In this document: positions 8,868 to 18,430 of the stretch, piece after piece
Numbering within the stretch: position 1 is the stretch's first letter
Layout of the letters: the number at the start of each line of letters is the position of its first letter
Virus record (IMG/VR): IMGVR_UViG_3300029226_000028
Coordinates: 1-58,656 of that record
Direction: 5' to 3' (one strand)
Length of the DNA stretch: 58,656 bases
Source: a virus
Lineage: Duplodnaviria; Caudoviricetes
Notes under the pieces: model-generated
Told to the model about the DNA's origin: nothing
What the model saw: the letters and a program-made list of their open reading frames with translations, nothing else
Database searches by the model: none
Program-made: the position numbers and the translations under genes

Positions 8868-10423
8868 CAGGTTTCATCTGCAGCGGCTGCAGCAGCGGCT
8901 TCTGCTTCAGATGCAGCAGCAGCGGCTTCTTCTTCAGTTTGTCCATCTTCGTTCAGGCCAGCATCAGTGCCAACGACCAATGGAACTTCATCTTCAATTT
9001 CTTCAAGTTCGGCTTCATAATCCAGTTCAGTGATTTCGTGCTTTTTCATCAGCGCATGAATTGTCTTGTTGCTGATCGGTGCGCCAAGGGTCTTGGCAGT
9101 CATCCAGTCGACGACGGCTTTGCCAATCAATTCATCATCAGCGAAGTCAAGATTTGGCACGACCGACACTTCATCAGCATTCAATCCTTGCCATTCAGCA
9201 GCGATCTTCAGGATGCGTTCCATTGCAGCTGCACCAGATAGCGCAACACTGACCAAGGTCGCTGTTTGTGCAGCTATCCGAACCTTCAGCGCATCGCCAC
9301 TTTCCTTAGCACGTGATGTGGTGTCCAGCATCTGACCGGCTTTGTTGGCACCGGCCTTCTTGTCGTTTTCCAACGCCATTCGCATTTCGGGAATGCCTTG
9401 GGAATTGGTGCCGATATATTTCGCATCACCACCCTGTTGGACGTCGATCACCGCACCAGCGCCTGCACGGTTTCCATCTTCTTCATCATCACCGGGGTCC
9501 ATCCATCCAATTCTGACCAAGGTGTCTTGACCCTGCATGAACAAGGCGTGACGATAGTCAGCTTCACCACGATAGATGGTCATGGCAAGATCAGCCAGTC
9601 CAAGCAATGGGGGTTTGTCTGTGTCTGGCAAGTTGTCTTTCGAATTCACGAATACGAATGGGATTTGTTCCAGCGTCTGACCACGAAGCGTCGGTGCGAT
9701 CATATCTGATTGCACGAACCCAGTGCCGTTGCCACCTTCTGTGAACACACCGACGTGATAGGCTTTTGGACCTTTGGTTTCTTTGTCTTCAGTGTCGACA
9801 GTTTCATTGATCGACAGCACCCGATAACTTTCGTTTTCTTCCCAAGAAAAGCTGTCGGTTCTAATCTGTTCGCTTTCATCAAGGACCACCAGCTGGGTTT
9901 CAAAGATGCCATCCTTGTCCCGACGACCTTTGTCCCAGTTGATCACCGCAAGGGCACCATACATGGCGACATAAAGCTGTGGCTTGGAAGGGTCAGGGGT
10001 TTCAGGCATGTCCAGCAGAAGACCAAGACGACCACTGACCAGCTGTCCTTCATTGATGCGACGAAGGAACAATTCGGCTGTTTCACCTTCGTTGCTGAAT
10101 TCTTCCAGCATTGGTTCCAGTGCTTTGGGAACTTCGAACACAGGCGGCTTGCGGTGCATGACACCAACCATGGCGCTGACTGCATCAGATACAAGATCAG
10201 GGAAAACTGCACGCTGCAAATAGGCGTCATAGCGCTTCTTGCCGGGTTTGCCGGTTCCCATGTCATCGTTTTCCATGCCAGACGTGGCAGGAAGATATGT
10301 GGTTTCAGCTGCCTTGACGACGTCTTCACCTTCATAGGCAACATCCATCAGCATCCAGCGTTTGTTCTGCCGGTCCCACTGTGGATGTTTGGATGCAAGA
10401 TCGGATGATTTTGTCTGTGGCAT
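8867..10423 (-). CDS. Portal protein (DUF4055-like)
   Basis: 518 aa; YLP...YDAYLQRAVF, IPFVF, KPPLLGLA...YR..ADY; follows the terminase. Confidence 0.88.
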   Translation of the reverse strand: MPQTKSSDLASKHPQWDRQNKRWMLMDVAYEGEDVVKAAETTYLPATSGMENDDMGTGKPGKKRYDAYLQRAVFPDLVSDAVSAMVGVMHRKPPVFEVPKALEPMLEEFSNEGETAELFLRRINEGQLVSGRLGLLLDMPETPDPSKPQLYVAMYGALAVINWDKGRRDKDGIFETQLVVLDESEQIRTDSFSWEENESYRVLSINETVDTEDKETKGPKAYHVGVFTEGGNGTGFVQSDMIAPTLRGQTLEQIPFVFVNSKDNLPDTDKPPLLGLADLAMTIYRGEADYRHALFMQGQDTLVRIGWMDPGDDEEDGNRAGAGAVIDVQQGGDAKYIGTNSQGIPEMRMALENDKKAGANKAGQMLDTTSRAKESGDALKVRIAAQTATLVSVALSGAAAMERILKIAAEWQGLNADEVSVVPNLDFADDELIGKAVVDWMTAKTLGAPISNKTIHALMKKHEITELDYEAELEEIEDEVPLVVGTDAGLNEDGQTEEEAAAAASEAEAAAAAAADET

Positions 10424-10448
10424 GTCTGATCCCTAAAACGGTTGATCG

Positions 10449-10479
10449 CACTAATAGCCCAAACAGGGGTGAAAGCGCA
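10449..10479 (-). promoter_or_regulatory. Putative sigma70 promoter upstream of the portal gene
   Basis: Minus strand TTGCGC-N16-GCTATTAG in the intergenic gap. Confidence 0.45.
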
Positions 10480-10539
10480 AGTGTCATGTTCTGATCTATC
10501 ATTCTGCTTCAGAACGTCGATCTGATATAGAATGATGGA

Positions 10540-12072
10540 TCAATAATCGCCTGTCGTTCGTCCGATCTTGCCGTGTTTGCCGACTGACCGGACCTTGTAG
10601 CGAACTTCATCAGCGATGTGGTCTTCAGCATCGGTGTCAACATCGTCCATGTCTTTATCATCACGGGGCAACACTGGGATCGTTCGCATGAACTGGGTGC
10701 ATGTGTCAAACACAAACAGACCTGCATGTTCCCTTGGTGTGCCATCGTCATTCGGATGTGCATTGCTGAACCATTCGCGCATGACCTGCCAGCCAGTTTT
10801 TCTGGACCCCGGTGATTTGTCAGCACGCATCCACTGCAGACCTTTGAACTTCTGCCCCTTGATCCGAACCATCTTATACATTGACGCGGCGATGGAATGG
10901 TTGTCTTCCACAGCGAAGATGGCGCTGTCAGCAACACCTGCCTTGACCCGGCTGATGTTCCCATTGCGGAAACCCCAACTGATTTCACGTTCGATGATCC
11001 CTTTGGTGATCATGTCAGCGCCAAGCTTCAGCCCTTTGTTGGGCTTCCCATTCCAGCCATACCATTCAGCGATCCTGAACAGGTCACCCCGGACAGTCGA
11101 TCTGATCGTGCCATCACGAAGGCGAACATCTGATCCATCAGAAGCAGCCCACCAACCAACACTGAATGGTGCCGATGATCCCCAATCGAATGATCTATCA
11201 ATGCGCCATGTCGGTGGGATGTCGAACGGTGCACAAAGGTTGTGGGTTGGTGACCAGACGTCATCGAACATGCCGCCTGCAACGATGTCCCATGATCCAT
11301 GAAGCCATGCCTTCAGTTCTGCATCAGATGAAGCCGATGCACGAATGTTCGTGATGTAGTCAGGGTCAGCATCAAGAAGGATCAGGTTTTCTGCCAGATA
11401 ACCATGGATCGCCACCCTTGCCGGTTCAAGTTTGCCGTCGTCGTCATAGCTGTCCGTGATCACCTGATATCGGGAACCGGGCAACCTGAAGCGGTGCTTC
11501 ACCCAGTTGTGTCCGGGACCATAGGGATTGGTCGTCGATCTGATCCGTTTCGGCACACCCTTGACGGATGTCCGATTGGTAGAAAACATCTTCTTGTAGC
11601 CTTCATCATTCGACCAGTTGCAAAGTTCTTCCCAGCCGATCCACGGATATTCGTGCCCGTGATAATTGTCATAGTCCGACACACGCTTGAACTGCCTGAA
11701 CAGCAGCACTTCACCTGTTGGCCATTTCCAATAATGTTCGGAATGATTGAATCGGGGGTTCTTCCCAGTTTGGGAAAACCACTTGGATGATTTGGTGATG
11801 ACGTCGGTCAGCTGCTTATAGGTCTGACGAAACAGGATGCCTTTCCATGCGGCACCATGCCCGACACAGCAATCCTTTTCGAAGTCCATCAGCAGCGCAT
11901 CGGTCTTGCCGGGTCCACGTGTCCCTTCGAACAGAACTTCAGGGATCGGGCACATCAGGAAATCTTCCTGTGAACCAAGTTGCGGCACCCAGACCGGATC
12001 ATCAGGGATGATCAGTTTGGCCTTCTTGCGCTTCGCTAGATTGTGAACAAGTAGGTCATCACCCTTGCGCAT
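10540..12072 (-). CDS. terL: Terminase large subunit
   Basis: Walker A GTRGPGKT, WEE Walker B, TTNPYGPGH, DWGSSAPF and DHIADEVRY nuclease motifs; start could be 12102. Confidence 0.95.
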   Translation of the reverse strand: MRKGDDLLVHNLAKRKKAKLIIPDDPVWVPQLGSQEDFLMCPIPEVLFEGTRGPGKTDALLMDFEKDCCVGHGAAWKGILFRQTYKQLTDVITKSSKWFSQTGKNPRFNHSEHYWKWPTGEVLLFRQFKRVSDYDNYHGHEYPWIGWEELCNWSNDEGYKKMFSTNRTSVKGVPKRIRSTTNPYGPGHNWVKHRFRLPGSRYQVITDSYDDDGKLEPARVAIHGYLAENLILLDADPDYITNIRASASSDAELKAWLHGSWDIVAGGMFDDVWSPTHNLCAPFDIPPTWRIDRSFDWGSSAPFSVGWWAASDGSDVRLRDGTIRSTVRGDLFRIAEWYGWNGKPNKGLKLGADMITKGIIEREISWGFRNGNISRVKAGVADSAIFAVEDNHSIAASMYKMVRIKGQKFKGLQWMRADKSPGSRKTGWQVMREWFSNAHPNDDGTPREHAGLFVFDTCTQFMRTIPVLPRDDKDMDDVDTDAEDHIADEVRYKVRSVGKHGKIGRTTGDY

Positions 12073-12679
12073 CTTCAGCTTCCTGTTCAGCCTGATGATC
12101 AAGCATTCGTTGACGTGACTTCGCAGCGATCACAGACCATTCTTCCAGCGTGACAGTTGGGGGTGACAGGATCACACCACCACCAGACGTGATGTCCAGT
12201 GCCGACTTGTCGCGGTATTCGGGATCATGTCGTGCCAGCATCTTCACAGCCAGCGCTGTTTCCATTGTGGTCTTGGTTCCGACTTCATCACCGTCCTTGT
12301 TGAAGACCGGGTTGTCATAGCCTTCCATGGCACGCAGTTCGATCTTCTGGATGATGTCCTTGGCATGTTGTGCAATCGTTTCTTCGACCACGTCATTGAA
12401 ATCTTTATCCGCTTCACGGTGCACACCGATGGTGGACAAAGCGATCTTCGCATCCTTCGCAGCCAAATTGATTTTGCCGCTGGACAGAAGCGAAACCAGA
12501 AACACGGATTTCAGATTGTCATCAAACTTCTTGCGCCGATGACGCTTGCGGGTTTCACGCCACAACGTTGGATCGGCTTCAAGGGTCTTGTCCTTCATTC
12601 GGGAAAGGTCTTTGCTGATGCCAGTGAACCGGGGATCAGTGTCGTCGAACGCTGCTGTTTCTTCTGGTTTATCACTCAT
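12059..12679 (-). CDS. terS: Terminase small subunit
   Basis: HTH-like N-half, ELRAMEGY...KMLARHDPEYRD; directly upstream of terL. Confidence 0.75.
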   Translation of the reverse strand: MSDKPEETAAFDDTDPRFTGISKDLSRMKDKTLEADPTLWRETRKRHRRKKFDDNLKSVFLVSLLSSGKINLAAKDAKIALSTIGVHREADKDFNDVVEETIAQHAKDIIQKIELRAMEGYDNPVFNKDGDEVGTKTTMETALAVKMLARHDPEYRDKSALDITSGGGVILSPPTVTLEEWSVIAAKSRQRMLDHQAEQEAEDAQG

Positions 12680-12769
12680 GCGACGAACCCCTTCTTTCAA
12701 ACCGGACACATGTCCTGATCGCCAAGCATATCACGCGCATGCGCGAAGGCTGGAATGACGATTAGTTCT

Positions 12770-12798
12770 GACTAGCATCCTGAAGCCCAAGACGTCAA
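12770..12798 (-). promoter_or_regulatory. Putative sigma70 promoter for the terminase/head operon
   Basis: Minus strand TTGACG-N16-GCTAGTC. Confidence 0.55.
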
Positions 12799-12814
12799 GA
12801 AGGGATAATATGGC

Positions 12815-13060
12815 AAGGTCTATCAGTTAAAAAATGGAATTCCTTTAATTTCAATAAGTTATCCTTTAATTGATATACTTGATAGACTTCAACTAAGTTC
12901 TAAATCTTTTTGAAAGAAAATATATTTCATAAAGCCCCATATGCTCATATGCTGCGCACAAAAGTTTCACCCCTATCACCTATCACATCTATCATTCTTG
13001 GGCTTTTCCAGCAATATCAAGGACATGCGCTGATATACTTTGGGCCAATTGATAGACCTA
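12815..13060. repeat. AT-rich non-coding locus with GATAGAC/CTATCA boxes (cluster 1)
   Basis: aggtctatca, tgatatact, gatagact, ctatca x3 and gatagacct; 28-bp block shared with 38325-38352. Confidence 0.7.
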
Positions 13061-13062
13061 TT

Positions 13063-13293
13063 TCAGTTGATCAGCCCAAATCCAGCCAACCCCACCCTGA
13101 TATAGCCAACACTGGGATGGTCTTTCCGATACGATTTGGACGCCATTTCGGCTGCAACGTTGATGTCATTTCCCCAAATAGCGATCAGTTTTGCATCAGG
13201 ATCGACCAAAAGGTGACCAGAAACCACCGGTCTGATCAGGATTTGCATCCAAACACATCCCTGTGCCGTCTTCTTTTCACCGGGAAGCATCAT
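13063..13293 (-). CDS. Hypothetical protein
   Basis: ATGA-coupled to the protease gene. Confidence 0.55.
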   Translation of the reverse strand: MMLPGEKKTAQGCVWMQILIRPVVSGHLLVDPDAKLIAIWGNDINVAAEMASKSYRKDHPSVGYIRVGLAGFGLIN

Positions 13294-13697
13294 TTCCACA
13301 GCCCACAATAGGTGATCAAGGCTTCCCGGTTTACTGGCACCGGGGTCAGGGACACTTCCATCAGCCCAACAGCCTTCAGGTTTCGATGGTCATTGTTCTG
13401 TTGAATGTGGTCAGCTTCATAGCCAATGGACAGCCCAAGAAGTGCCTTGGTCACCACCCACTGGATGGCTTGTGGATCGGTCACAATACCTTCGACGAAC
13501 AACCCGATCTTGTCTTCCTTCATCGACAACCATGTCCCAAGGATGCGCATCTTGTCATGATTAAACAGCATTGACCGATATGGAAATGCCTTCAGGTCTT
13601 TCTTGAAGCATCCCTTTCTGGTGATGTCACCATGGGTGTCAGTGAAATCAAACACCGACGCATATCCTTGGATGAAGCAACGTTCTTCATCAGCCAT
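13290..13697 (-). CDS. HK97-family prohead protease
   Basis: GYASVF..D..GD...KGCF, MLFNHD, EDKIGLFVEG, GLSIGY and EVSLTPVP motifs with catalytic His/Ser. Confidence 0.88.
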   Translation of the reverse strand: MADEERCFIQGYASVFDFTDTHGDITRKGCFKKDLKAFPYRSMLFNHDKMRILGTWLSMKEDKIGLFVEGIVTDPQAIQWVVTKALLGLSIGYEADHIQQNNDHRNLKAVGLMEVSLTPVPVNREALITYCGLWK

Positions 13698-13926
13698 TTC
13701 GGTCATCCTTCACGGTTTTCACAATCACACCACCGTCGAAATCACGCAGCCCAAGGGCATTGCGAATGGTTCGCTTTGTCCTAAGTTCCACCTTTGTTTC
13801 AATATAGTCAATGACGCCAACAACACGTTCAGCTTCTTCCCGGCTTTCGCATTTGACCAGAATGTCGCCATCAATGACCACGGTGAAAGCACCGATCACT
13901 GGTTCATCTATTCTGGCAATTCTCAT
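13690..13926 (-). CDS. Hypothetical protein
   Basis: ATGA overlap; MRIARIDEP... Confidence 0.6.
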   Translation of the reverse strand: MRIARIDEPVIGAFTVVIDGDILVKCESREEAERVVGVIDYIETKVELRTKRTIRNALGLRDFDGGVIVKTVKDDRNG

Positions 13927-14408
13927 GTCGAACATCCCCCACTGCGATCTTCCCGGTCCTTCCAATCGGCTTCATTGTCACCCAGCCGTTTCATCATATC
14001 GTCACGCGGTTCAGCGATCAGATGCAGTGCCTTGGCCATGCGAACATAGACGTGTGCCCAGAACAGACCAATGCCGGGATCAGGGTGCTGGACACCGACG
14101 ATCTGGAAGGCATGCATGGCGTGTGCGAAGTAGTGCAGCGACATGCTATCACGGGCACGAACGAAGGCGTCTGCAGCGGCTTCAACATCATCCACTGGAC
14201 CTGTGTATGATCCACCACCGGGTGCAGCAGGATTGGTCAACGCCTTCCCTTCGAAGGCAGATATCACCACGCAACGACGATACCAGCGGACAAGGTCTTT
14301 GGCTGGATGACCCTTTTCAATTCCATCTTCATTTCGCATCGCAGAAAGCAGAACGCTTTGCTGCATATATGGTAGGTCCATGACCCAGTCTTGAAGAACG
14401 CTTGGCAT
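13923..14408 (-). CDS. Conserved phage hypothetical protein
   Basis: 161 aa; SVLQDWV..LP.MQQSVLL..R..DG...H..HAF...G..HPD. Confidence 0.75.
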   Translation of the reverse strand: MPSVLQDWVMDLPYMQQSVLLSAMRNEDGIEKGHPAKDLVRWYRRCVVISAFEGKALTNPAAPGGGSYTGPVDDVEAAADAFVRARDSMSLHYFAHAMHAFQIVGVQHPDPGIGLFWAHVYVRMAKALHLIAEPRDDMMKRLGDNEADWKDREDRSGGCST

Positions 14409-14674
14409 CAGATTTCCTTTCCTGCCAGTGCAGCTGCCTGTGAACGTGCAGCTTCGATATCAGTCGCCATGTGCGACTTCCAGTGTTTGCCCCACGGTTC
14501 AGTCAGACCACCTTGGTCCCTGAAGAACGCTGCTTCCTTGACGAACCATGAATGTCCATTGAACATCACATAGAACTGTCGCAACGGTGTATCAGGTGGA
14601 CCCAAGGGTGGCGATGGCACACGTGGTGGGGCGCTATGATAGAAGCCAGACCGGGTCACTGCAAAATTGGTCAT
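14408..14674 (-). CDS. Hypothetical protein
   Basis: 88 aa, TGATG-coupled. Confidence 0.65.
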   Translation of the reverse strand: MTNFAVTRSGFYHSAPPRVPSPPLGPPDTPLRQFYVMFNGHSWFVKEAAFFRDQGGLTEPWGKHWKSHMATDIEAARSQAAALAGKEI

Positions 14675-14868
14675 CAGTCTATCCTTTCGCCACGTCTGGC
14701 CAAGATGCCATGGATGACATTGAAGACCTTGGTTTGAGTTTCACCCAAAGTCTTGAACCCATCGTTCCGTCCCATCTGCCTGATCTTCGCACGAAGCTTG
14801 TCAGACGACTTCCACTGCAGGTGCCGGGACACATTGAACCCCTGTCGCTTTCCCATAAATGCCATCAC
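14674..14868 (-). CDS. Small basic hypothetical protein
   Basis: 64 aa, overlapping stop/start on both sides. Confidence 0.55.
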   Translation of the reverse strand: MMAFMGKRQGFNVSRHLQWKSSDKLRAKIRQMGRNDGFKTLGETQTKVFNVIHGILARRGERID

Positions 14869-15914
14869 AGTTCATCCTTGAATTCGGCACCAACAGCTTC
14901 AAACACAGCATCAGGATCGTTGGACACCTTCATGATTTCATTGCGGTTGAAACGCTGCTGTTCAATGGCTGCATTCCATGCCGTGACTTCGATCAGGCTG
15001 TTCACTTCAGTGGTGATCAGTTCCCCGATCACAGATGGTGTCAGCGCATCCAGTTCCCATGATTGGTCACCATGATCCCTGATATAGTTCGGGGCACGGC
15101 TGTCGGTTTCCTTGGCAGGATTTGGTGGTGGATCGTATTGCAGCACCTGATCCATGTTCAAAGCGATCCGACGAATGTCGATCAGTTCACCACTGAACAG
15201 TTCCAGCCGTTTGTGGTTGTCACGGGTCATGTCGATGCCACTAGGGTCGTGGTCACCAAGGTGGATCAGCACGCAGTCCTTGCCACGTTCCCCGGCTTCC
15301 CTGAAGCGGTTGCCAGCAGCCCAAGCAGCTGATGACGACATGTATCCCTTGCAGGCCATGAAGGGCACCTGAAGCTTGTTGCAGGGACGTTCGATCACCG
15401 ATGACAATGCATCCTTTTCCACTCACACTTCGACATAGGTCTGCTGACCAGCCCACAGGTTTTCAGTGTAATGAAGATGGATGTTGGACAGCACGTCCAT
15501 TGGGTCTGGCTGGATATAGGGTTCATCAATCACCCGACCCCGGTCTTCGATCCGTTCGAAGGACATTAGACCGGCAAGCCGTGCATCAGTGATGATCCCA
15601 CCAAGCCGTTTATAGGACTGAACGGTGTTCGGGAAACCCGGCACGCCTGACACAAACTGATAATACAATTGGCGCAACGTCAGCATGAAGCCTTGCTTTT
15701 CATATTCATCCAGAATGCTGTTCGCATGCATGATGATTTCCATGTGCGCCGGGGTGAATTTCTTGTCAACATAGACCTGATGATTGGCGTCGTTTTCTTG
15801 CCGTTCACCACATAGGTCGCAGAAGACCGTGCCCACTTCATTGTGATTGCCACACCCTTCGGTGCATTCAATCGCGGTTTCATCCACCGATCCGTCTGGA
15901 TTATGCAGGACCAT
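14865..15914 (-). pseudogene. Toprim-domain (Topo VI-A/JetD-like) protein interrupted by one in-frame TGA at 15423-15425
   Basis: ORFs 15423..15914 and 14865..15422 are in the same frame: YVEV*VEKDAL, where the family motif is VEVWVEKDAL; also LTLRQLYY, GDHDPSGIDM and WELDAL. Confidence 0.8.
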
Positions 15915-16189
15915 CAGGCCACCCCACTGACTGCGAACACTTTGTCATTGGCGATGCACCATTTCTGGCGATCTTCGATTGTCTTGCAGCCAGCCAGACG
16001 CTGTGCCTTGCGCACCCATGCCCATTCCATCCCGACCGACTGTTGAAGCCGAACGTTTTCCCGGTGCGTTGCACGGTTCCGAAGCTTGGCACGTCTGCGT
16101 GCAGGGTTGCCAAAGACTTCCTTGACAGCTTTGGGACGCTGGACCTTGGCCACGATGCGTTTGAACAATTTATGCAGTTTCAGTTTCAT
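15914..16189 (-). CDS. Basic hypothetical protein
   Basis: 91 aa, K/R-rich, coupled. Confidence 0.6.
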   Translation of the reverse strand: MKLKLHKLFKRIVAKVQRPKAVKEVFGNPARRRAKLRNRATHRENVRLQQSVGMEWAWVRKAQRLAGCKTIEDRQKWCIANDKVFAVSGVA

Positions 16190-16334
16190 TGGTTTCTTCT
16201 TTCAGTTTTGCGGCAACCAGATCACGAAGTGCGATCATCGACCTTGGGTGGGTAAAAAACCCGGTTGATTTAGCGACCCGATGCAGTGCTTGAAGCTTCC
16301 ACACAGGCCAGTCGTTCAGATAGTCAGGTATCAT
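16170..16334 (-). CDS. Small hypothetical protein
   Basis: MIPDYLNDWP..., fills the gap in the operon. Confidence 0.5.
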   Translation of the reverse strand: MIPDYLNDWPVWKLQALHRVAKSTGFFTHPRSMIALRDLVAAKLKEETNETETA

Positions 16335-16608
16335 TGCAACAGTCCCGGCATGTCCATTCGTCCAAGCCGTGATCGTCGCTTTCTTCTTCACTCATTTCGC
16401 ACCACCAGCCACACTGGGTGCACAGAAATATCTGGGTGTCCAACCATTCACAGAACTTCTGATCGTCGAACAGGTCTTCAAATTCCAAGGCGCTGTCACA
16501 GGTGCCCACCAGCCGGTCAGAAGCTTCCTGCCACTTGGGGTCCACCCCATCCACCGTTCCGTGTTCGATCATGTGGGCTGCGAAGCCGTCGCCAGCTGCT
16601 TCAGTCAT
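16324..16608 (-). CDS. Zn-ribbon hypothetical protein
   Basis: CTQCGWW...CRDC motif. Confidence 0.7.
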   Translation of the reverse strand: MTEAAGDGFAAHMIEHGTVDGVDPKWQEASDRLVGTCDSALEFEDLFDDQKFCEWLDTQIFLCTQCGWWCEMSEEESDDHGLDEWTCRDCCNDT

Positions 16609-16793
16609 TCCGTCACCTTTGTGTATCCACGATAAAATATGTGGTCGCTGATGAAGACCCGCTTGCCCCTGTTCAGGTAGAACAGCAGCCCAATGCCAGT
16701 GCCTTCCTTGTCGCCAGTCCAGATGTTCAGCTTCCTGCCACCCGGTGACTTGAAGCGACCGATCTTCCTGACCCGATTCAATCTGATGGTCAT
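16605..16793 (-). CDS. Small basic hypothetical protein
   Basis: 62 aa, ATGA overlaps. Confidence 0.6.
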   Translation of the reverse strand: MTIRLNRVRKIGRFKSPGGRKLNIWTGDKEGTGIGLLFYLNRGKRVFISDHIFYRGYTKVTE

Positions 16794-17203
16794 CGGATGC
16801 GATCCTTCAGGTTCAACAGGTTGGCAGTGTAGCGCAATGAAAAGCGCAATTCTTCGACCGTCATCTGTGTGTCCGGGACACCCATCATGGTGTATTCGCT
16901 TTTCAGTGCTTCGTGCTGGCTTTCCATGAACATCGCCAGACCATGGTGGTCAGCAGGTTCCTGTTCAGGTGCCGGGTTGGCTTCGTGCCATTTGGCACAG
17001 CCTTCCTTCACGTGGTCCACATACTGTTCGACCGTCATGTCTGTCAGGTGGCAGGAATAGATGCTGGGAACGCTGTCTTCAATGCCCATGGGTGCGCCAT
17101 CTTCAGCACCGAACCACAGATATCCCAGACCCCGGCTGATGTAGATTGGAAGCTTGGCTTCCTTCAGTGCTGCGTTGATGTTGTTGATGGTTGGGCGTGT
17201 CAT
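16790..17203 (-). CDS. Hypothetical protein
   Basis: AAGGATCACACC RBS before MTRPTINN. Confidence 0.7.
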   Translation of the reverse strand: MTRPTINNINAALKEAKLPIYISRGLGYLWFGAEDGAPMGIEDSVPSIYSCHLTDMTVEQYVDHVKEGCAKWHEANPAPEQEPADHHGLAMFMESQHEALKSEYTMMGVPDTQMTVEELRFSLRYTANLLNLKDRIR

Positions 17204-17213
17204 GGTGTGATCC

Positions 17214-17453
17214 TTAGTTGATTGCAGCGGTGCCAGCGTGGGTCGCTGTCGGGATTGGCAGGACATAGAAAGGTTTGCCCATTCCGTCCAGACCACCTTC
17301 GATGATCAGACCCAGCTTCTTGCCGGTGCGGATCGCTGCTGAAACGGTATTGGAACGACCACGAACCGGCTGAAAGAACATTGGGATGATGTCATTGCCA
17401 GCTTTGGCGAAGTCGATCATGTCGGTCAGCATTGTCTGGGTGGCGGTTTTCAT
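17214..17453 (-). CDS. Hypothetical protein (possible winged-helix)
   Basis: First gene after a promoter cassette copy; 79 aa. Confidence 0.7.
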   Translation of the reverse strand: MKTATQTMLTDMIDFAKAGNDIIPMFFQPVRGRSNTVSAAIRTGKKLGLIIEGGLDGMGKPFYVLPIPTATHAGTAAIN

Positions 17454-17458
17454 GGTGT

Positions 17459-17530
17459 GATCCTTTTCTGATGACCCTTTGTCGCATACATCCAGACAGA
17501 ACGCAACAACTGAATTGTGTTCATTTCAAG
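17459..17530 (-). promoter_or_regulatory. Repeated early promoter/RBS cassette
   Basis: TGAAATGAACACAATT..GTTGTTGCGTTCTGTCTG..TATGCGACAAAGGGTCATC-AGAAAAGGAT. Confidence 0.8.
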
Positions 17531-17531
17531 A

Positions 17532-17765
17532 TCACAGCAGCGCCTTCAGATCAGATGCCATGCCATGGTTCCGAAGAAGTTCGGTGGCTTGGCTGATGGT
17601 CAGGGGCGAAGGTTCAGTGCCTTTATGCCCACAGGCAAGATACAGCAGCTTGGCGATCTTCTTGCCACGTTCAGACAGAAGCAGCGCTTCAGTCACATGC
17701 TGTGCTTCGCGTTCAGGCGTCATTCTCATAACGATGCGTCTGACTGGTCCGGTCGATTTGGTCAT
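17532..17765 (-). CDS. Hypothetical protein
   Basis: AAAAGGAT RBS; MTKSTGPV... Confidence 0.65.
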   Translation of the reverse strand: MTKSTGPVRRIVMRMTPEREAQHVTEALLLSERGKKIAKLLYLACGHKGTEPSPLTISQATELLRNHGMASDLKALL

Positions 17766-17971
17766 GGTGCTATCCTTTTCTGTGTGTCCCACGTTGCGTC
17801 GTGGATCAATTCGTTGATGAAGACGATCCCAGCAGCACCGACTTCGTCCGGGATATCAATCAGCCCACCCGATATGATCGCTTTGGTGGGTCCGACGATT
17901 GGGATCGGTGCCTTCGGTTTCGGTTGTTTGAACCCGGCATTCCCAGCCGGGTCCACGAAGATGGTGTTCAT
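17762..17971 (-). CDS. Small hypothetical protein
   Basis: 69 aa, ATGA overlaps. Confidence 0.55.
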   Translation of the reverse strand: MNTIFVDPAGNAGFKQPKPKAPIPIVGPTKAIISGGLIDIPDEVGAAGIVFINELIHDATWDTQKRIAP

Positions 17972-18429
17972 GCCGCGACGAATTCGGTCTTCAGGTCATA
18001 CTTGTAAAGCGTCCGGTTGCAATGACGTGGACCGCGTTCCTTCGGATCGTTGGTCATGATGCAGATCGTTGGCTGAATATAGACCCGTGTGTCAGGGTGG
18101 AAGCCAGCAGGTGACTGCAGTTCGTTGGTGTCGCAGATCACAAAGCGTGTGTCGATGTAAACCAGATCAGCAGCAACCGTCTTGCGATAGTTGATGATGG
18201 TGTGGCGCATGTTCGACAGGGTCACATCCAAGTTCTTGTATTCTTCAGCAGCCTTGGCGCGAAGATCGTCGTCGCCTTCATATATGGACATGTCAGCGAA
18301 GATTGCTGTCAGGCGGATCGCATCAGCATCTGATTGCGCAACTTCTTCTTCAGTCGCGGCTTCGAACGTGGCTTCAAGTTCAGCCAGTTCAGCGATCAGG
18401 GGTGCTTTGTCTACAAAAGTTCGTGCCAT
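17968..18429 (-). CDS. Hypothetical protein
   Basis: First gene after a cassette copy; helical N-half. Confidence 0.7.
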   Translation of the reverse strand: MARTFVDKAPLIAELAELEATFEAATEEEVAQSDADAIRLTAIFADMSIYEGDDDLRAKAAEEYKNLDVTLSNMRHTIINYRKTVAADLVYIDTRFVICDTNELQSPAGFHPDTRVYIQPTICIMTNDPKERGPRHCNRTLYKYDLKTEFVAA

Positions 18430-18430
18430 C

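Noticed and set aside
15423-15425. Genome-wide TGA-to-Trp recoding
   Set aside because: TGA terminates many well-defined genes (many ATGA overlaps) and Trp is otherwise TGG; only one interrupted gene was seen.
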